64,000 bases of DNA from Pedobacter sp. (GCA_050253415.1 JBFWJC010000007.1:67879-131878), one strand, 5' to 3'. Shown: positions 20,973-30,227, numbered from the stretch's first letter. Notes: generated by a model not told the origin, from the sequence alone. Numbers and translations: made by a program.

Positions 20973-21643
20973 AATGTAATACTCTCTACTTTTCGAAAAA
21001 GACTGATAAAAATCAACGTGAATCGACAAACAAATAAAAAGTCAAACAACTCAGTATGCAATAAAAAGAGGTTTACCTACGCCATAGTAACCACTGAATT
21101 TATTAATTTCATTATAGAGATTAAACCTACGCTACCCATTGTGTAAAGGCGATCTTTCCTTATCACACAATAATCCAAGGCAAACGGCAAAGAGTCGACT
21201 CTCCATATTTTCCATTAATTTCAGTCAAGTTACAGCAACATGGTTTTGAATATCCTCATCCATGCACTTTACGCCACCACAAGCCCGCGGCGCATCAAAA
21301 AAACTCACCAACCTGCAAAGGCCATCCATCGACTGTTAACCGTGCCCTAACCTTTTTAAAGTCTATGCTTCCATACCCGGGACAAACCACGACGAGTGAC
21401 AAACCCATTCATATATACGGATCTCGTCCAAGGCTGTGAAGAGTGTTCGTCGAAAGCTGAATCATAACAACGGTCAAAAGCGAGGATAGATCAAAGGCAG
21501 AGCCTTCGCTATTTTAAATTCCAGAGAATAAGGTAACATTTTATCAACCTTAAATATGGCTGCGTCCCCCTCCGGCCCTTTCAGAAAACCCCAAAACCTT
21601 TGCCGGTTTGCCAGGGGAATTTTCCTTCATGGAGTTAGTGGCT

Positions 21644-22129
21644 ATGAAGCAACTAGACAAAAAAATCGTTGCCTATCATGAAGCCGGTCATGCTGTGGTT
21701 GGGTATCGATTCGGGCATCGATTTGCCGATTTATCTATTTTTCCAATAAAAGATAAAGAGGGCTTTTGCCAATTTTTTTCGGGATTGAACAACCCAAAAC
21801 ATGCAGCGCTTGTTTTGTTGGCTGGACATTCAGCTGAAATACACCTTTGTCAAAATGGCCTAAAAAAACCATCAAGGTCAGACCACCGAAAAATTTGCCA
21901 ACTCACCGGCTCTATGCCTACCGCCGAATTCAAAAAGCTTTTAAAGGAATCCGATGATCTTGTCGCTGCTAATTGGCATCAAATTCAAGCCGTTGCAGAA
22001 GGGCTTTTGGAAGCCGGTACGATAAAAGGTGGCATGTTCGCTGAGATTATTGAAGCCGTGGACAATGGTGAGAACTGGCGACAATTACCGGCATGGATAT
22101 CCCACTTGTCATCGGTTAGAGGTGGGTAA
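21644..22129 (+). CDS. Stand-alone HExxH metallopeptidase-like protein (FtsH/M41-like domain)
   Basis: VAYHEAGHAVV, LLAG..AE, W..I.AVAE.LL. Confidence 0.6.
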   Translation: MKQLDKKIVAYHEAGHAVVGYRFGHRFADLSIFPIKDKEGFCQFFSGLNNPKHAALVLLAGHSAEIHLCQNGLKKPSRSDHRKICQLTGSMPTAEFKKLLKESDDLVAANWHQIQAVAEGLLEAGTIKGGMFAEIIEAVDNGENWRQLPAWISHLSSVRGG

Positions 22130-22388
22130 GCACCAACACCATATCAAGAATGATGCCACCTACCGCGACAAGACGGCTAACCTCCACCCAGACGGGATAC
22201 ATAGTGAACAATGAAGCTTCCTACAAAGCATCCTACTCTGAAGGAGCGTTTTACGTTTAAGACCAGCAGGATGACACAGAATCCACGAACCACTGTAGGG
22301 GCATAAATAGGGAGCAAGACGGTCTCAACAACGAACCGAACTACATACCGGCGGATAATCTGTTTTCAGCACGTACATCTTAGAAATA

Positions 22389-22569
22389 TGTGAACCACCG
22401 ACTGGTATGGCACTAGACGGGAATGGACGGGAATGGGCAAGGATGCGTGGGAATGCAGTGTTTATGCGGGTTTGAAGGGGGATTGAATGATTTAGCATGG
22501 CGGGGTCAATATTCGCGTGGTTTGGCATCGTTTTGGATCCGTGTCTATAGTCGTCGGTTGGTTTGGCAC
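22389..22569 (+). repeat. attL: terminal repeat and candidate transposase-binding sites
   Basis: TGGCAC at 22408-22413, TTTGGCAT at 22521-22528, TTTGGCAC at 22562-22569. These mirror the GTGCCAAA sites at the right end. Confidence 0.7.
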
Positions 22570-22697
22570 TGGCGTGCATTATATTTTTTATGGTTGTTTC
22601 AGGTGGGCCCTGGCTTTGATTGGGGCTTTTTTGCATCCGGGTGCTGGCTGCGGCAACGGGTGCTTTGGCCAGGCTGATCTGTAGCCTTAAGCTCTCA

Positions 22698-23057
22698 TTA
22701 ATGGAAAAATCCAAAAAGGGGTGGCGGGCTGGTGATCAGGGGTGCCAACAGCATGGCAGCCAAGAGGATGTGACGTTTGAACTTTGATGATTTTATGGGT
22801 TGACCACAATGGGGGCATGATTTAGCGGCTTTTGCTACTATATGGCCGCAAGCCTTACAGTTGTTTGTATAGGGGGCGTCAGAACTTTTTGGTGATATTA
22901 CACATTGATTGCCTATGGCAAAGGTGTTGTTATCTCCAACAATACAAATACCGAGAGGTTGTTGCTGATTTTGTGTGTCAGTGGGGGACTCTTCTTTCTC
23001 AACATCATTATTTAGTTGGCTTAACAAAGATTTTAAACGCTTACTGCGCTGAAACAT
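22698..23057 (-). CDS. Zinc-ribbon membrane protein downstream of the repressor gene
   Basis: CKACGH.VAK.A.SCPHCG followed by a C-terminal hydrophobic segment. RBS GGAGG. Confidence 0.6.
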   Translation of the reverse strand: MFQRSKRLKSLLSQLNNDVEKEESPTDTQNQQQPLGICIVGDNNTFAIGNQCVISPKSSDAPYTNNCKACGHIVAKAAKSCPHCGQPIKSSKFKRHILLAAMLLAPLITSPPPLFGFFH

Positions 23058-23065
23058 GAACCCTC

Positions 23066-23491
23066 CTATGAAGCTAACTTCACAATCCGAAGAACGTTTT
23101 TCTCTATCTCTTCGGACTTCATTTCACCTTCCATAATTTCATCATGCAACAATAGAATCAGTTCGGCCTTTTTTTCTGGCGGCCATGGTTTGCTCAAACG
23201 AGCAAACACCTTTTCAATCTCAACAATCACCTCCCACATTATTTTCTTATCTATAGGAAAGGTAGAAACATACTCCTCTTTGCAGCGCATCATCTCGCCA
23301 TCTTCCAGCAATACCCAATTTATGTTAAATCCTAGACGACCTAAACCTTCTAGGACATTCCCACCAGGTACACTCCCACCCTCCTCGTATATTTGCCAAG
23401 TGCGTGTAGCGATGCTTAAGGACTTTGCCATATTTTTTTGGCTTAGCCCCGTCTCTTCACGAACTTTTTTTAGTCGTTCGGCTAGTGTCAT
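23066..23491 (-). CDS. XRE-family HTH prophage repressor (c-like), no S24 domain
   Basis: LAERLKKVRE..GLSQK.MA..L......WQ.YE.G...P....L..L..LG.NINWVL. Divergent from ner/A. Confidence 0.85.
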   Translation of the reverse strand: MTLAERLKKVREETGLSQKNMAKSLSIATRTWQIYEEGGSVPGGNVLEGLGRLGFNINWVLLEDGEMMRCKEEYVSTFPIDKKIMWEVIVEIEKVFARLSKPWPPEKKAELILLLHDEIMEGEMKSEEIEKNVLRIVKLAS

Positions 23492-23661
23492 ATGCTTTCC
23501 TGGCTGCCTAAATACATGTCCGTACTTGATGCTTGAGTATGGACATGAGTATGGACATAAGCAGAAACTTGTCTGTACTATAAAATAGTCCTTAATTACA
23601 GCTACTTAGGTGTAAAAATTTAAAATTTCAAAAAATTAGAGTATGGACGAACATTTTTTAG

Positions 23662-23690
23662 TTGACCGACTAATAATTATTAGTTATCTT
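23662..23690 (+). promoter_or_regulatory. Early promoter (Pe-like) with palindromic operator
   Basis: TTGACC, 17 bp, TATCTT. The spacer holds the perfect 16-bp palindrome ACTAATAATTATTAGT (23669-23684). Confidence 0.7.
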
Positions 23691-23745
23691 CTGTCTATGT
23701 CCATTTCATTTCTCGGAAACAGACAGTCAAAAAAAGGAGGCTCTC

Positions 23746-24216
23746 ATGGCCTGTCCATTTCACTCTAAGCATCTCGGTCATTACGCCGTCGCGGTAGACG
23801 GTCAGGACAATTATCCGGCGGTTTTTTCGTGCCCACAATGCGCCCAAAAATGGGGGCAGCGTGAGCATGCCGGGCGGTTCAAGGTGGTGCCGGTGGCAGA
23901 TCACTCCGGCCTGTCTGTCTCGACAGGATCTTACCTCGCGGAGAACACTGCGCCAGGTTCAGCTGATCGCATTATCGCCCGGCTGCTCTTTGAGGCAAAA
24001 GGCAATATACGGTCAGCGTTTGAGCGGCTGGTAGCCGAGCACTCACTCGACGATCATCTCTGGTTTATTTTTCTTCACCAGGCCGCCGAGCATATCACTT
24101 CGGAATCTCCAGTCTCGCTTTCAAGTGAACCAGCGCCGCCTCGGCCTGAAGTCTCGAAAGATCATATTGAGCCGTCGGAGAGAACGAATCCACAGTGTCT
24201 TGCAGTGCGGTTATAA
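23746..24216 (+). CDS. Hypothetical early protein
   Basis: Strong RBS AGGAGG and a CPQC motif. Confidence 0.55.
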   Translation: MACPFHSKHLGHYAVAVDGQDNYPAVFSCPQCAQKWGQREHAGRFKVVPVADHSGLSVSTGSYLAENTAPGSADRIIARLLFEAKGNIRSAFERLVAEHSLDDHLWFIFLHQAAEHITSESPVSLSSEPAPPRPEVSKDHIEPSERTNPQCLAVRL

Positions 24217-24349
24217 GCGCCTGGACGGAGATCTCTCCGTCGCGCTCAATCAAAAACAAAACCTTATCACCAATGGCCTTTGTTTTGGTTTCGTCGGCCA
24301 TTTTGAAACGGGACGCAACCATTTGCTGAAACGCTTTTTTTTCATCCAT
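24095..24349 (-). CDS. Small hypothetical protein, antisense to the early operon
   Basis: MDEKKAFQQMVASRF..., helical protein-like composition. Confidence 0.45.
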   Translation of the reverse strand: MDEKKAFQQMVASRFKMADETKTKAIGDKVLFLIERDGEISVQALITALQDTVDSFSPTAQYDLSRLQAEAALVHLKARLEIPK

Positions 24350-24374
24350 AGAGAATCCCCTGGAAGGATCAAAC

Positions 24375-24656
24375 ATGAACTGTGCAAAGAAACACACCCC
24401 TCAAACCGACTGGCACCCGGCGGACATCAAGGCCGCTCTGGCGAAAAAGGGCTTTACCTTTGCCCGGATCGCCCGGGAGCACGGTTATCGCTCCAACTCG
24501 CCGAATTCGGTGCTGTGGACCCGGTGGCGGCCGATGGAGCGGATCGTGGCCGACATCATCGGCGTGGCGCCGGAGGATATCTGGCCGAGCCGCTATGGGT
24601 CCGAGCCGCAACGCTTCATAACTCGAAAAAAGAGTATCAAATCTACATTGAATTAA
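24375..24656 (+). CDS. ner: Ner/Nlp-like transcriptional regulator
   Basis: DWHPADIKAAL.KKG....IA....W..ME..VA..IGV.PEDIWPSRY. Confidence 0.9.
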   Translation: MNCAKKHTPQTDWHPADIKAALAKKGFTFARIAREHGYRSNSPNSVLWTRWRPMERIVADIIGVAPEDIWPSRYGSEPQRFITRKKSIKSTLN

Positions 24657-24710
24657 CAATGACCAAAAGGAGGGGGTGCGGTTGACCTTGTTTCGTCTAC
24701 GGAGGAGATC

Positions 24711-25184
24711 ATGGCCAGACAGAATACGGACCCCAATCAACTGAGCTTGCTGGATGTTTTGCGAAAAGAGGAGGAGCGGATGCTGCTGGGTTTGCGAGAC
24801 GCGCCGGGGGCTTTGAACATGCGGTCGCTGGTGCGCAACGCGATGTACGAGGCGATCAAGGAGAGCCACCTTAGCCGCTGGGAGATCGCGGCCAAGATGA
24901 GCGAACTGACGGATCAGGAGATCAGCAAGTTTATGCTGGACGCCTGGACCAGCGAGAGCAAGGAGGGGCATCGCTTCCCCCTGGAGTACGCTGCGGCTTT
25001 TTGCCGGGCAACGGGCAACTCCAAAGTGCTTGAGATCGTGTGTCAGCCGGTGGGGATGTTTGCTCTGGGCGGGCCGGATGCGCTGCGCAGCCAGAAGCAA
25101 CAGCTTACCGAACAGATGTCTGAGATGCGGAAGAAGTCGGCGGAGATCGATCAGATGATCAAGGCATGGGAGAAGAAGAGATGA
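24711..25184 (+). CDS. Phage regulatory protein (CII/CP76-like HTH)
   Basis: SRWEIAAKMSELT...ISK.MLDAWTSESK..HRFP. RBS GGAGG. Confidence 0.6.
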   Translation: MARQNTDPNQLSLLDVLRKEEERMLLGLRDAPGALNMRSLVRNAMYEAIKESHLSRWEIAAKMSELTDQEISKFMLDAWTSESKEGHRFPLEYAAAFCRATGNSKVLEIVCQPVGMFALGGPDALRSQKQQLTEQMSEMRKKSAEIDQMIKAWEKKR

Positions 25185-25187
25185 GGT

Positions 25188-25218
25188 TGCGGGGGATATC
25201 CCCTTGTTATCCCCCGCA
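25188..25218. terminator. Hairpin between convergent genes
   Basis: TGCGGGGGATA-N9-TATCCCCCGCA. Confidence 0.55.
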
Positions 25219-25227
25219 GGAAGGGGG

Positions 25228-25368
25228 TCAGCGGCCTGTGGGTTTTTTATCCCTGGTCGTGATGCGACTGCCGTCTTCGCTGTTGGTCGCGATATCCAGC
25301 GTAGCCGGCGGAGTGGGCGGGGCCTGTGGTTTAGGGGCCTGGGCCTCGCCCTTGGTTTTATCAGCCAT
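25228..25368 (-). CDS. 46-aa Pro-rich peptide, not in the ORF track
   Basis: AGGAGGTG RBS, then MADKTKGEAQAPKPQAPPTPPATLDIATNSEDGSRITTRDKKPTGR. Confidence 0.55.
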   Translation of the reverse strand: MADKTKGEAQAPKPQAPPTPPATLDIATNSEDGSRITTRDKKPTGR

Positions 25369-25384
25369 TAGAAATCACCTCCTT

Positions 25385-25885
25385 TCAGGAGAGGATAAAC
25401 AGCGCCCCCGCTATCAGCAGGAGGACGAAGGATGTCATCAGATACATGGATATACCTCGCAATCTTTTTGCTCGCGAGCTTTGGACTGCTATTTGACGCT
25501 GAATAACGACCCGGGTCTGATCGACGAGGAATCGCATGGCCGTTTCATCGTCATAAGTGCCGTCGGCCAGCCCGTCAAGATAGGCGCAATAATCGGGAGC
25601 TTTGATATTGTCGGCATCCTTACCGCGCAAGCTGTCAAGACAGAAGCCAACGATGAGCAACGCCAGAGCCGCCGAAACCACGGCAAAGGCCTGCCAATGC
25701 ATCACCGGAAAGACCGGCGATTTTTGAAGCAACATCAGATCGAGGGTCAGGGCCAGGGAAGCCGACCACAGGTAAGTCCGGAACAACCCGTCCTGACGGG
25801 CGGGGAGCCGGTCGGTCAGCCAGACATAGAGATTTTCCATCTGTTTGAAGATCAGTTCGTAGGCTTTGGTCAAAGTGTCCTCCAC
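25385..25885 (-). CDS. Multi-TM membrane protein (moron)
   Basis: Three hydrophobic segments. Antisense to the early operon. Confidence 0.6.
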   Translation of the reverse strand: MEDTLTKAYELIFKQMENLYVWLTDRLPARQDGLFRTYLWSASLALTLDLMLLQKSPVFPVMHWQAFAVVSAALALLIVGFCLDSLRGKDADNIKAPDYCAYLDGLADGTYDDETAMRFLVDQTRVVIQRQIAVQSSRAKRLRGISMYLMTSFVLLLIAGALFILS

Positions 25886-25943
25886 AAGGTTGGTTAATGC
25901 TGAAAGCCTATCACAGACAAATGGTTATATGAAAACGATTTAA

Positions 25944-26007
25944 GCGAAACCGCGCCCCTTGGGGCCGGTCGTCCGAGGGTGGCACTTCGGGCCTGACGAG
26001 CAGCCAT
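25944..26007 (+). ncRNA. Type II hammerhead ribozyme 1 (predicted cleavage after C25970)
   Basis: GC-GAAA, stem III (CCG c GCCC CTTG GGGC CGG), TC, stem I (GTCCGAGG/GTGGCA/CTTCGGGC), CTGACGA-GC. Loop TGGC can pair with the 3' GCCA (pseudoknot). Confidence 0.85.
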
Positions 26008-26026
26008 GCAATACAAGGAGTGATTT

Positions 26027-28171
26027 ATGGACGCATATTTTAACGGTGAAGAATTAGCCGGGCTACCCGGCATGCCTAAGACCGCCAGGAGTGTCCATCG
26101 CAAGGCAGCCAGTGAAAGTTGGCAGAGTCAGGAAGTGGCTGCCAAGGGTGGGCGAACAGGTACCAGGCGGGAATATCACATCAACAGCCTGCCGCCTGAG
26201 ACCCGCAAGGCGTTGGCAAAGTCACACCCTGCTGCCATGCACGACCCCGCAGGTACCGAGACCGGCCAGAAGCTGGCCCTGAGCGCCAAAACCAAAAAAC
26301 AGGCACAGCGCAAGCAGGCCGAGGACGCCTTACAGTGCGCAGCGCATCTGCCCGAGCGCGAACGCCAACGCAATGCCGATCGCTCGGCCATATTGGCCGA
26401 CTGGAAGCAATACCGCCGGGTCTCCGGAGAATCGGTCAACCCTTCGCTTGCCTCGTATTCCAAATTGTATAACGCCGGGCAGCGCGAAGGTATGGAGACG
26501 ATCCGGCAGCGGATCCGCAAAGTTTCCATGCGCACCCTGTTGCGCTGGCGCAGCGACGTCAAAGAGCGCGGGCACCTGGGCGCACATTACGGCCAAAACA
26601 AGGGCGGCAACAAGATCGACAGCCAGCCGGAGTTGAGAGATTTTGTGGTGGCGATGCTGACGGCCTATCCGCACTGCAAGGCCAGCCAGGTGATCCAGTC
26701 TCTGGATGCTCGGTTTGCCGATCGCGATGACCTTGATCTGCCGAGTCAGGGACGGCTTGGCAAATGGATGAATGTCTGGAAGGAAAAAAACGCCCAGCTG
26801 TTCAGCGCCATGAGTAACCCTGACCAATGGAAGAACGGCTTCATGACGGCGTTTGGCAGCTCCTCGGAGAACGTCGCGGTATTGAATCAGCTTTGGGAAT
26901 TCGACGGCACCCCGGCGGACATCATGTTTACCGACGGCAGGCATTCGATCTGCGGCGTAATCGACGTGTACAGCCGCCGCCCCAAGATGCTGGTCACACC
27001 TACGGCACGAGCCACGGCGGTGGCCGCCCTGCTGCGCCGCGCGCTGCTCGACTGGGGCCTGCCTGCCGATCCCTGGCGACTGACCGCCAAAACCGACAAC
27101 GGCTCTGATTACAAGTGCCATCACATGGCGCGGGTGTTTGAGCTGCTGGATATCGACCAGGTTCTCTGCCCGCCCTTCTCCCCCTGGCACAAGCCGCACA
27201 TCGAGCGTTTTTTTCGCAGTTTCTCCCACGACCTTGTGGAGCTTTTGCCTGGATTTATCGGGCACAACGTCGCCGATCGCAAGGGTATCGAGGCACGCAA
27301 GGCTTTTTCGGAGCGACTGTTTAAAAAAGACCAAGTCATCGAGGTCAACATGCGCGCCGAGGAATTCCAAAAGTTTTGCGATGAGTGGGTGACCAACATT
27401 TACATGCACCGGCCTCACGATGGCCTTAACGGCAAGACGCCCTACCAGATGGTGAACGAATGGCGCGAACCGGTGGAGCGCATCCGCAACGAACGGGCAC
27501 TGGATCTGTTGTTGTCGGAAGCCCCCGGCAAGGGGCTGCGCACGGTCAGCAAAAAGGGCATCCGCCTGGATCACGGTTTGTTTATCGCGCCGGAGCTGTG
27601 GGCGGTGGTCGGACAAGAGGTGCGGGTGCTGGAAGTGGCCGACGATCTCGGGAGGATCATGGTGTACGGCGGCGAGCAACTCAACGAATTTGTGTGCGTG
27701 GCGGAATGTCCGGAGCGTACCGGCATCGACCGCGCCGAGGTAGCCGCCAAGGCCAAGGAGATCCAGAAAAAAGCCGTACAGGAAGCCAAGGCCGAACTCA
27801 AGGCCAAGGCCAAAAAGCTTGGTGTGGACGATATCGTCACCGAGATCCGCGCAGCGGCAGCGACCCAGGCCGGCAAGCTCACCGCCCTTCCGCGCCCCTC
27901 GCGCGATTACACCAGCGCAGGATTGGACGCTGCAGCCGAGGCCGCATGCAGCCTGGACAACATTGCGACACGCCAGAAGATCACGGCCGATATCTCGACA
28001 CCGGAGGCATCTTACGCCCGGTGGAAAAAACTGGAAGCACGGCACGCCGCAGGCGAGACGCTGTATGCGGAAGACGCGGCGTTTTTCAAGGGGTTTGCCA
28101 TGAGTGCGGACTGGAGAGCCATGCAGAAGATGGAAGAGGATTTCGGGCCGTTTTACCTGGCCCATTCATGA
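26027..28171 (+). CDS. MuA-like DDE transposase
   Basis: N-terminal Mu-type HTH (ELAGLPGMP...REYHINSLP). Catalytic motifs WEFDGTPAD, TDNGSDY, KPHIERFF. Confidence 0.95.
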   Translation: MDAYFNGEELAGLPGMPKTARSVHRKAASESWQSQEVAAKGGRTGTRREYHINSLPPETRKALAKSHPAAMHDPAGTETGQKLALSAKTKKQAQRKQAEDALQCAAHLPERERQRNADRSAILADWKQYRRVSGESVNPSLASYSKLYNAGQREGMETIRQRIRKVSMRTLLRWRSDVKERGHLGAHYGQNKGGNKIDSQPELRDFVVAMLTAYPHCKASQVIQSLDARFADRDDLDLPSQGRLGKWMNVWKEKNAQLFSAMSNPDQWKNGFMTAFGSSSENVAVLNQLWEFDGTPADIMFTDGRHSICGVIDVYSRRPKMLVTPTARATAVAALLRRALLDWGLPADPWRLTAKTDNGSDYKCHHMARVFELLDIDQVLCPPFSPWHKPHIERFFRSFSHDLVELLPGFIGHNVADRKGIEARKAFSERLFKKDQVIEVNMRAEEFQKFCDEWVTNIYMHRPHDGLNGKTPYQMVNEWREPVERIRNERALDLLLSEAPGKGLRTVSKKGIRLDHGLFIAPELWAVVGQEVRVLEVADDLGRIMVYGGEQLNEFVCVAECPERTGIDRAEVAAKAKEIQKKAVQEAKAELKAKAKKLGVDDIVTEIRAAAATQAGKLTALPRPSRDYTSAGLDAAAEAACSLDNIATRQKITADISTPEASYARWKKLEARHAAGETLYAEDAAFFKGFAMSADWRAMQKMEEDFGPFYLAHS

Positions 28172-28237
28172 TGAAAGCCGCGTTGCAGCGCGGCTTCACC
28201 GCCCGATAAATCGGGTATTACAAAGGAGGCATAAAGC

Positions 28238-28975
28238 ATGACACAGATTAACTCAGGATGCAAGACCACCGCGCCGCTGACCAACGTCGGCCTGTTTATG
28301 CGGCTGGTCGAACGCGCGATGAACCGCGCACCGCGCTTGCCGGGGATGGTGTGTTTCCACGGCCCGAGCGGCTGGGGGAAATCCTCGGCGGCGGTGTACG
28401 CCTACCAGAAGCTCGACACTCACTACATCGAGTGCCGCAGCACCATGACCAAAAAGACCTTTTTGGCCGAGCTTCTCAAAGAGATGGGGATCCTTCCGGA
28501 GCGCACCATCGGCGCCATGTATGCGCAAGCGGTCGCCGCCCTTGAAGGCAGCCAGCGGCTGCTGATCATCGACGAAATGGACTACCTGGTGCAGAAGTCG
28601 GCGGTGGATATCGTGCGCGACCTGCACGACGAAACCGGTGTGGTCATCGCCCTGATCGGCGAGGAGCAACTGCCTGCCAAGCTCAAGCGCTGGGAGCGTT
28701 TTCACGGGCGCATACTGGCCTGGCAGGGCGCCCAACCGGTCACCACAGCCGATGTGGAGCATCTGGCCAGGCTGTACTGCCCGACGGTAGCAGTAGACGC
28801 CGATCTGCTTGACAAGCTGCACACCCTGAGTAAAGGGTCGGCGCGGCGTATCTGCGTCAATCTGGCGATGATCTTTGAAGAGGCCCGCCGCCAGGGGATG
28901 GAAGCTATGGGCCTGAACGAATGGGGTAATCGCCCGCTGTATACCGGCGAAGCCCCTGCCGGCAGGAGGTTTTAA
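28238..28975 (+). CDS. MuB-like AAA+ transposition ATPase
   Basis: Walker A GPSGWGKS, Walker B LLIIDEMD, VRDLHD. Confidence 0.9.
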   Translation: MTQINSGCKTTAPLTNVGLFMRLVERAMNRAPRLPGMVCFHGPSGWGKSSAAVYAYQKLDTHYIECRSTMTKKTFLAELLKEMGILPERTIGAMYAQAVAALEGSQRLLIIDEMDYLVQKSAVDIVRDLHDETGVVIALIGEEQLPAKLKRWERFHGRILAWQGAQPVTTADVEHLARLYCPTVAVDADLLDKLHTLSKGSARRICVNLAMIFEEARRQGMEAMGLNEWGNRPLYTGEAPAGRRF

Positions 28976-28976
28976 C

Positions 28977-29552
28977 GTGCCTCTCAAGCCTGTCGACAAA
29001 CGCAATGCCATGCAAACCCGCGAGGCCCTGTGGGCGGCCATGCGCGAGGCTGGAGAATTCACCGTGCGCCAGGTGCGCAAGATGACCCGCTGCAGCATGG
29101 ATCAAACCCGCGATTACGTCACCGCCCTGCACAATGCCGGGCACCTGCTCAAGGTACCTTTCGAAGATGGCCGTGCCGCCATCTATATCCTGGTCAAAGA
29201 GAAGGCCAGCGCCCTCGCCCCGAAGGTGCGTAAGGACGGCAGCCTCATCACCCAGGGGCGCGGCCGCGAGCAGATGTGGCGCGCGATGCGGGTGCTCGGG
29301 GTCTTCACAGTGCAGGAGCTGGTGGTGCATGCGACAACCGAAGAACACGCGGTCGCCGACAACGAGGCGGTCACCTACTGCCGGTTTTTGATGAACGCAG
29401 GCTATCTGACCCGCAAAGGCAGTGTTTACCAGTTTGTTCGCAGCCGGTACAGCGGCCCGCGACCGCCGATGATCCAACGGGTCAAGCAGGTGTATGACCC
29501 CAACCTTTGCAAAGTGGTGTGGAGCCAGGGAGGAACCCATGACGCAGACTGA
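28977..29552 (+). CDS. Conserved Mu-like early protein (tandem winged-HTH-like)
   Basis: Two repeats of W.AMR....FTV..L......Y...L..AG.L, and C-terminal GPRPP.IQR...VYDPN. Confidence 0.7.
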   Translation: MPLKPVDKRNAMQTREALWAAMREAGEFTVRQVRKMTRCSMDQTRDYVTALHNAGHLLKVPFEDGRAAIYILVKEKASALAPKVRKDGSLITQGRGREQMWRAMRVLGVFTVQELVVHATTEEHAVADNEAVTYCRFLMNAGYLTRKGSVYQFVRSRYSGPRPPMIQRVKQVYDPNLCKVVWSQGGTHDAD

Positions 29553-29859
29553 CCAGCAGACGTTATTTTTAGCCATGATCGAAACCCACGGTGCCGCCAG
29601 CGTGGCCCGTGCCATCGGTTACAGCCAGAGCGCCGTCAGCCAGGCCAAAAACGACAAGTACCAGGGCGACCTGACCAACCTGCTCACCCGAGTTGAAGAG
29701 GTGTATGGCAGCACCCGGCACTTTTGCCCGGTGTTCGGCGAGGAGATCAGCCTGGGGCGCTGCGCCGAAGAACGCCGCAAGCTGCCACGCTATACCAACC
29801 CGGTGGCACGGCTTTTGACCCAGACCTGCCCCACCTGCGAGAGAGGCGGTGGCCAATGA
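29539..29859 (+). CDS. HTH protein with C-terminal Cys motif
   Basis: VARAIGYSQSAVSQ...KY.GD, CPVFGE, CPTC. Confidence 0.7.
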   Translation: MTQTDQQTLFLAMIETHGAASVARAIGYSQSAVSQAKNDKYQGDLTNLLTRVEEVYGSTRHFCPVFGEEISLGRCAEERRKLPRYTNPVARLLTQTCPTCERGGGQ

Positions 29860-30227
29860 GTACGATTTGTTGTCGCAAATGCGGTGCCGGTCGCGGCTCG
29901 CTGGAACCGATCATCGAGCATCTGGAGAATGGCGCCTTACTGCAAACCGTGCGCTGCATCCTGTGCGGCGAGCGGCGCTCGCGGGAAGCCAGCCTCTACA
30001 AGGATCTGTCGGAGGCAAGGAGGCGGATCGCCTACGGCAAAACCTGCGGGGTCGTCGGCTGCAACGTCAAATTGTCCCATAGCAACACGACCGGCATGTG
30101 CAAAACGCATGGCAAGGTGTTGCACAACTGGATGAACAGCAAACGCCAAAGGCCTACGCCCTATATCCAGACCGCCGATGGATGGATCCCTAACCCGGAA
30201 CGCGAGGTGAATCATGCGCATGTCTGA
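29856..30227 (+). CDS. Cys-rich hypothetical protein
   Basis: CRKCG, CILCG, CGVVGC, CKTH. ATGA overlap with the upstream gene. Confidence 0.6.
   Translation: MSTICCRKCGAGRGSLEPIIEHLENGALLQTVRCILCGERRSREASLYKDLSEARRRIAYGKTCGVVGCNVKLSHSNTTGMCKTHGKVLHNWMNSKRQRPTPYIQTADGWIPNPEREVNHAHV

Noticed and set aside
26330..28165. 611-aa minus-strand ORF (and similar shadows at 40931-42091 and 43252-44205)
   Set aside because: Antisense to well-supported GC-rich phage genes; a codon-bias artefact.
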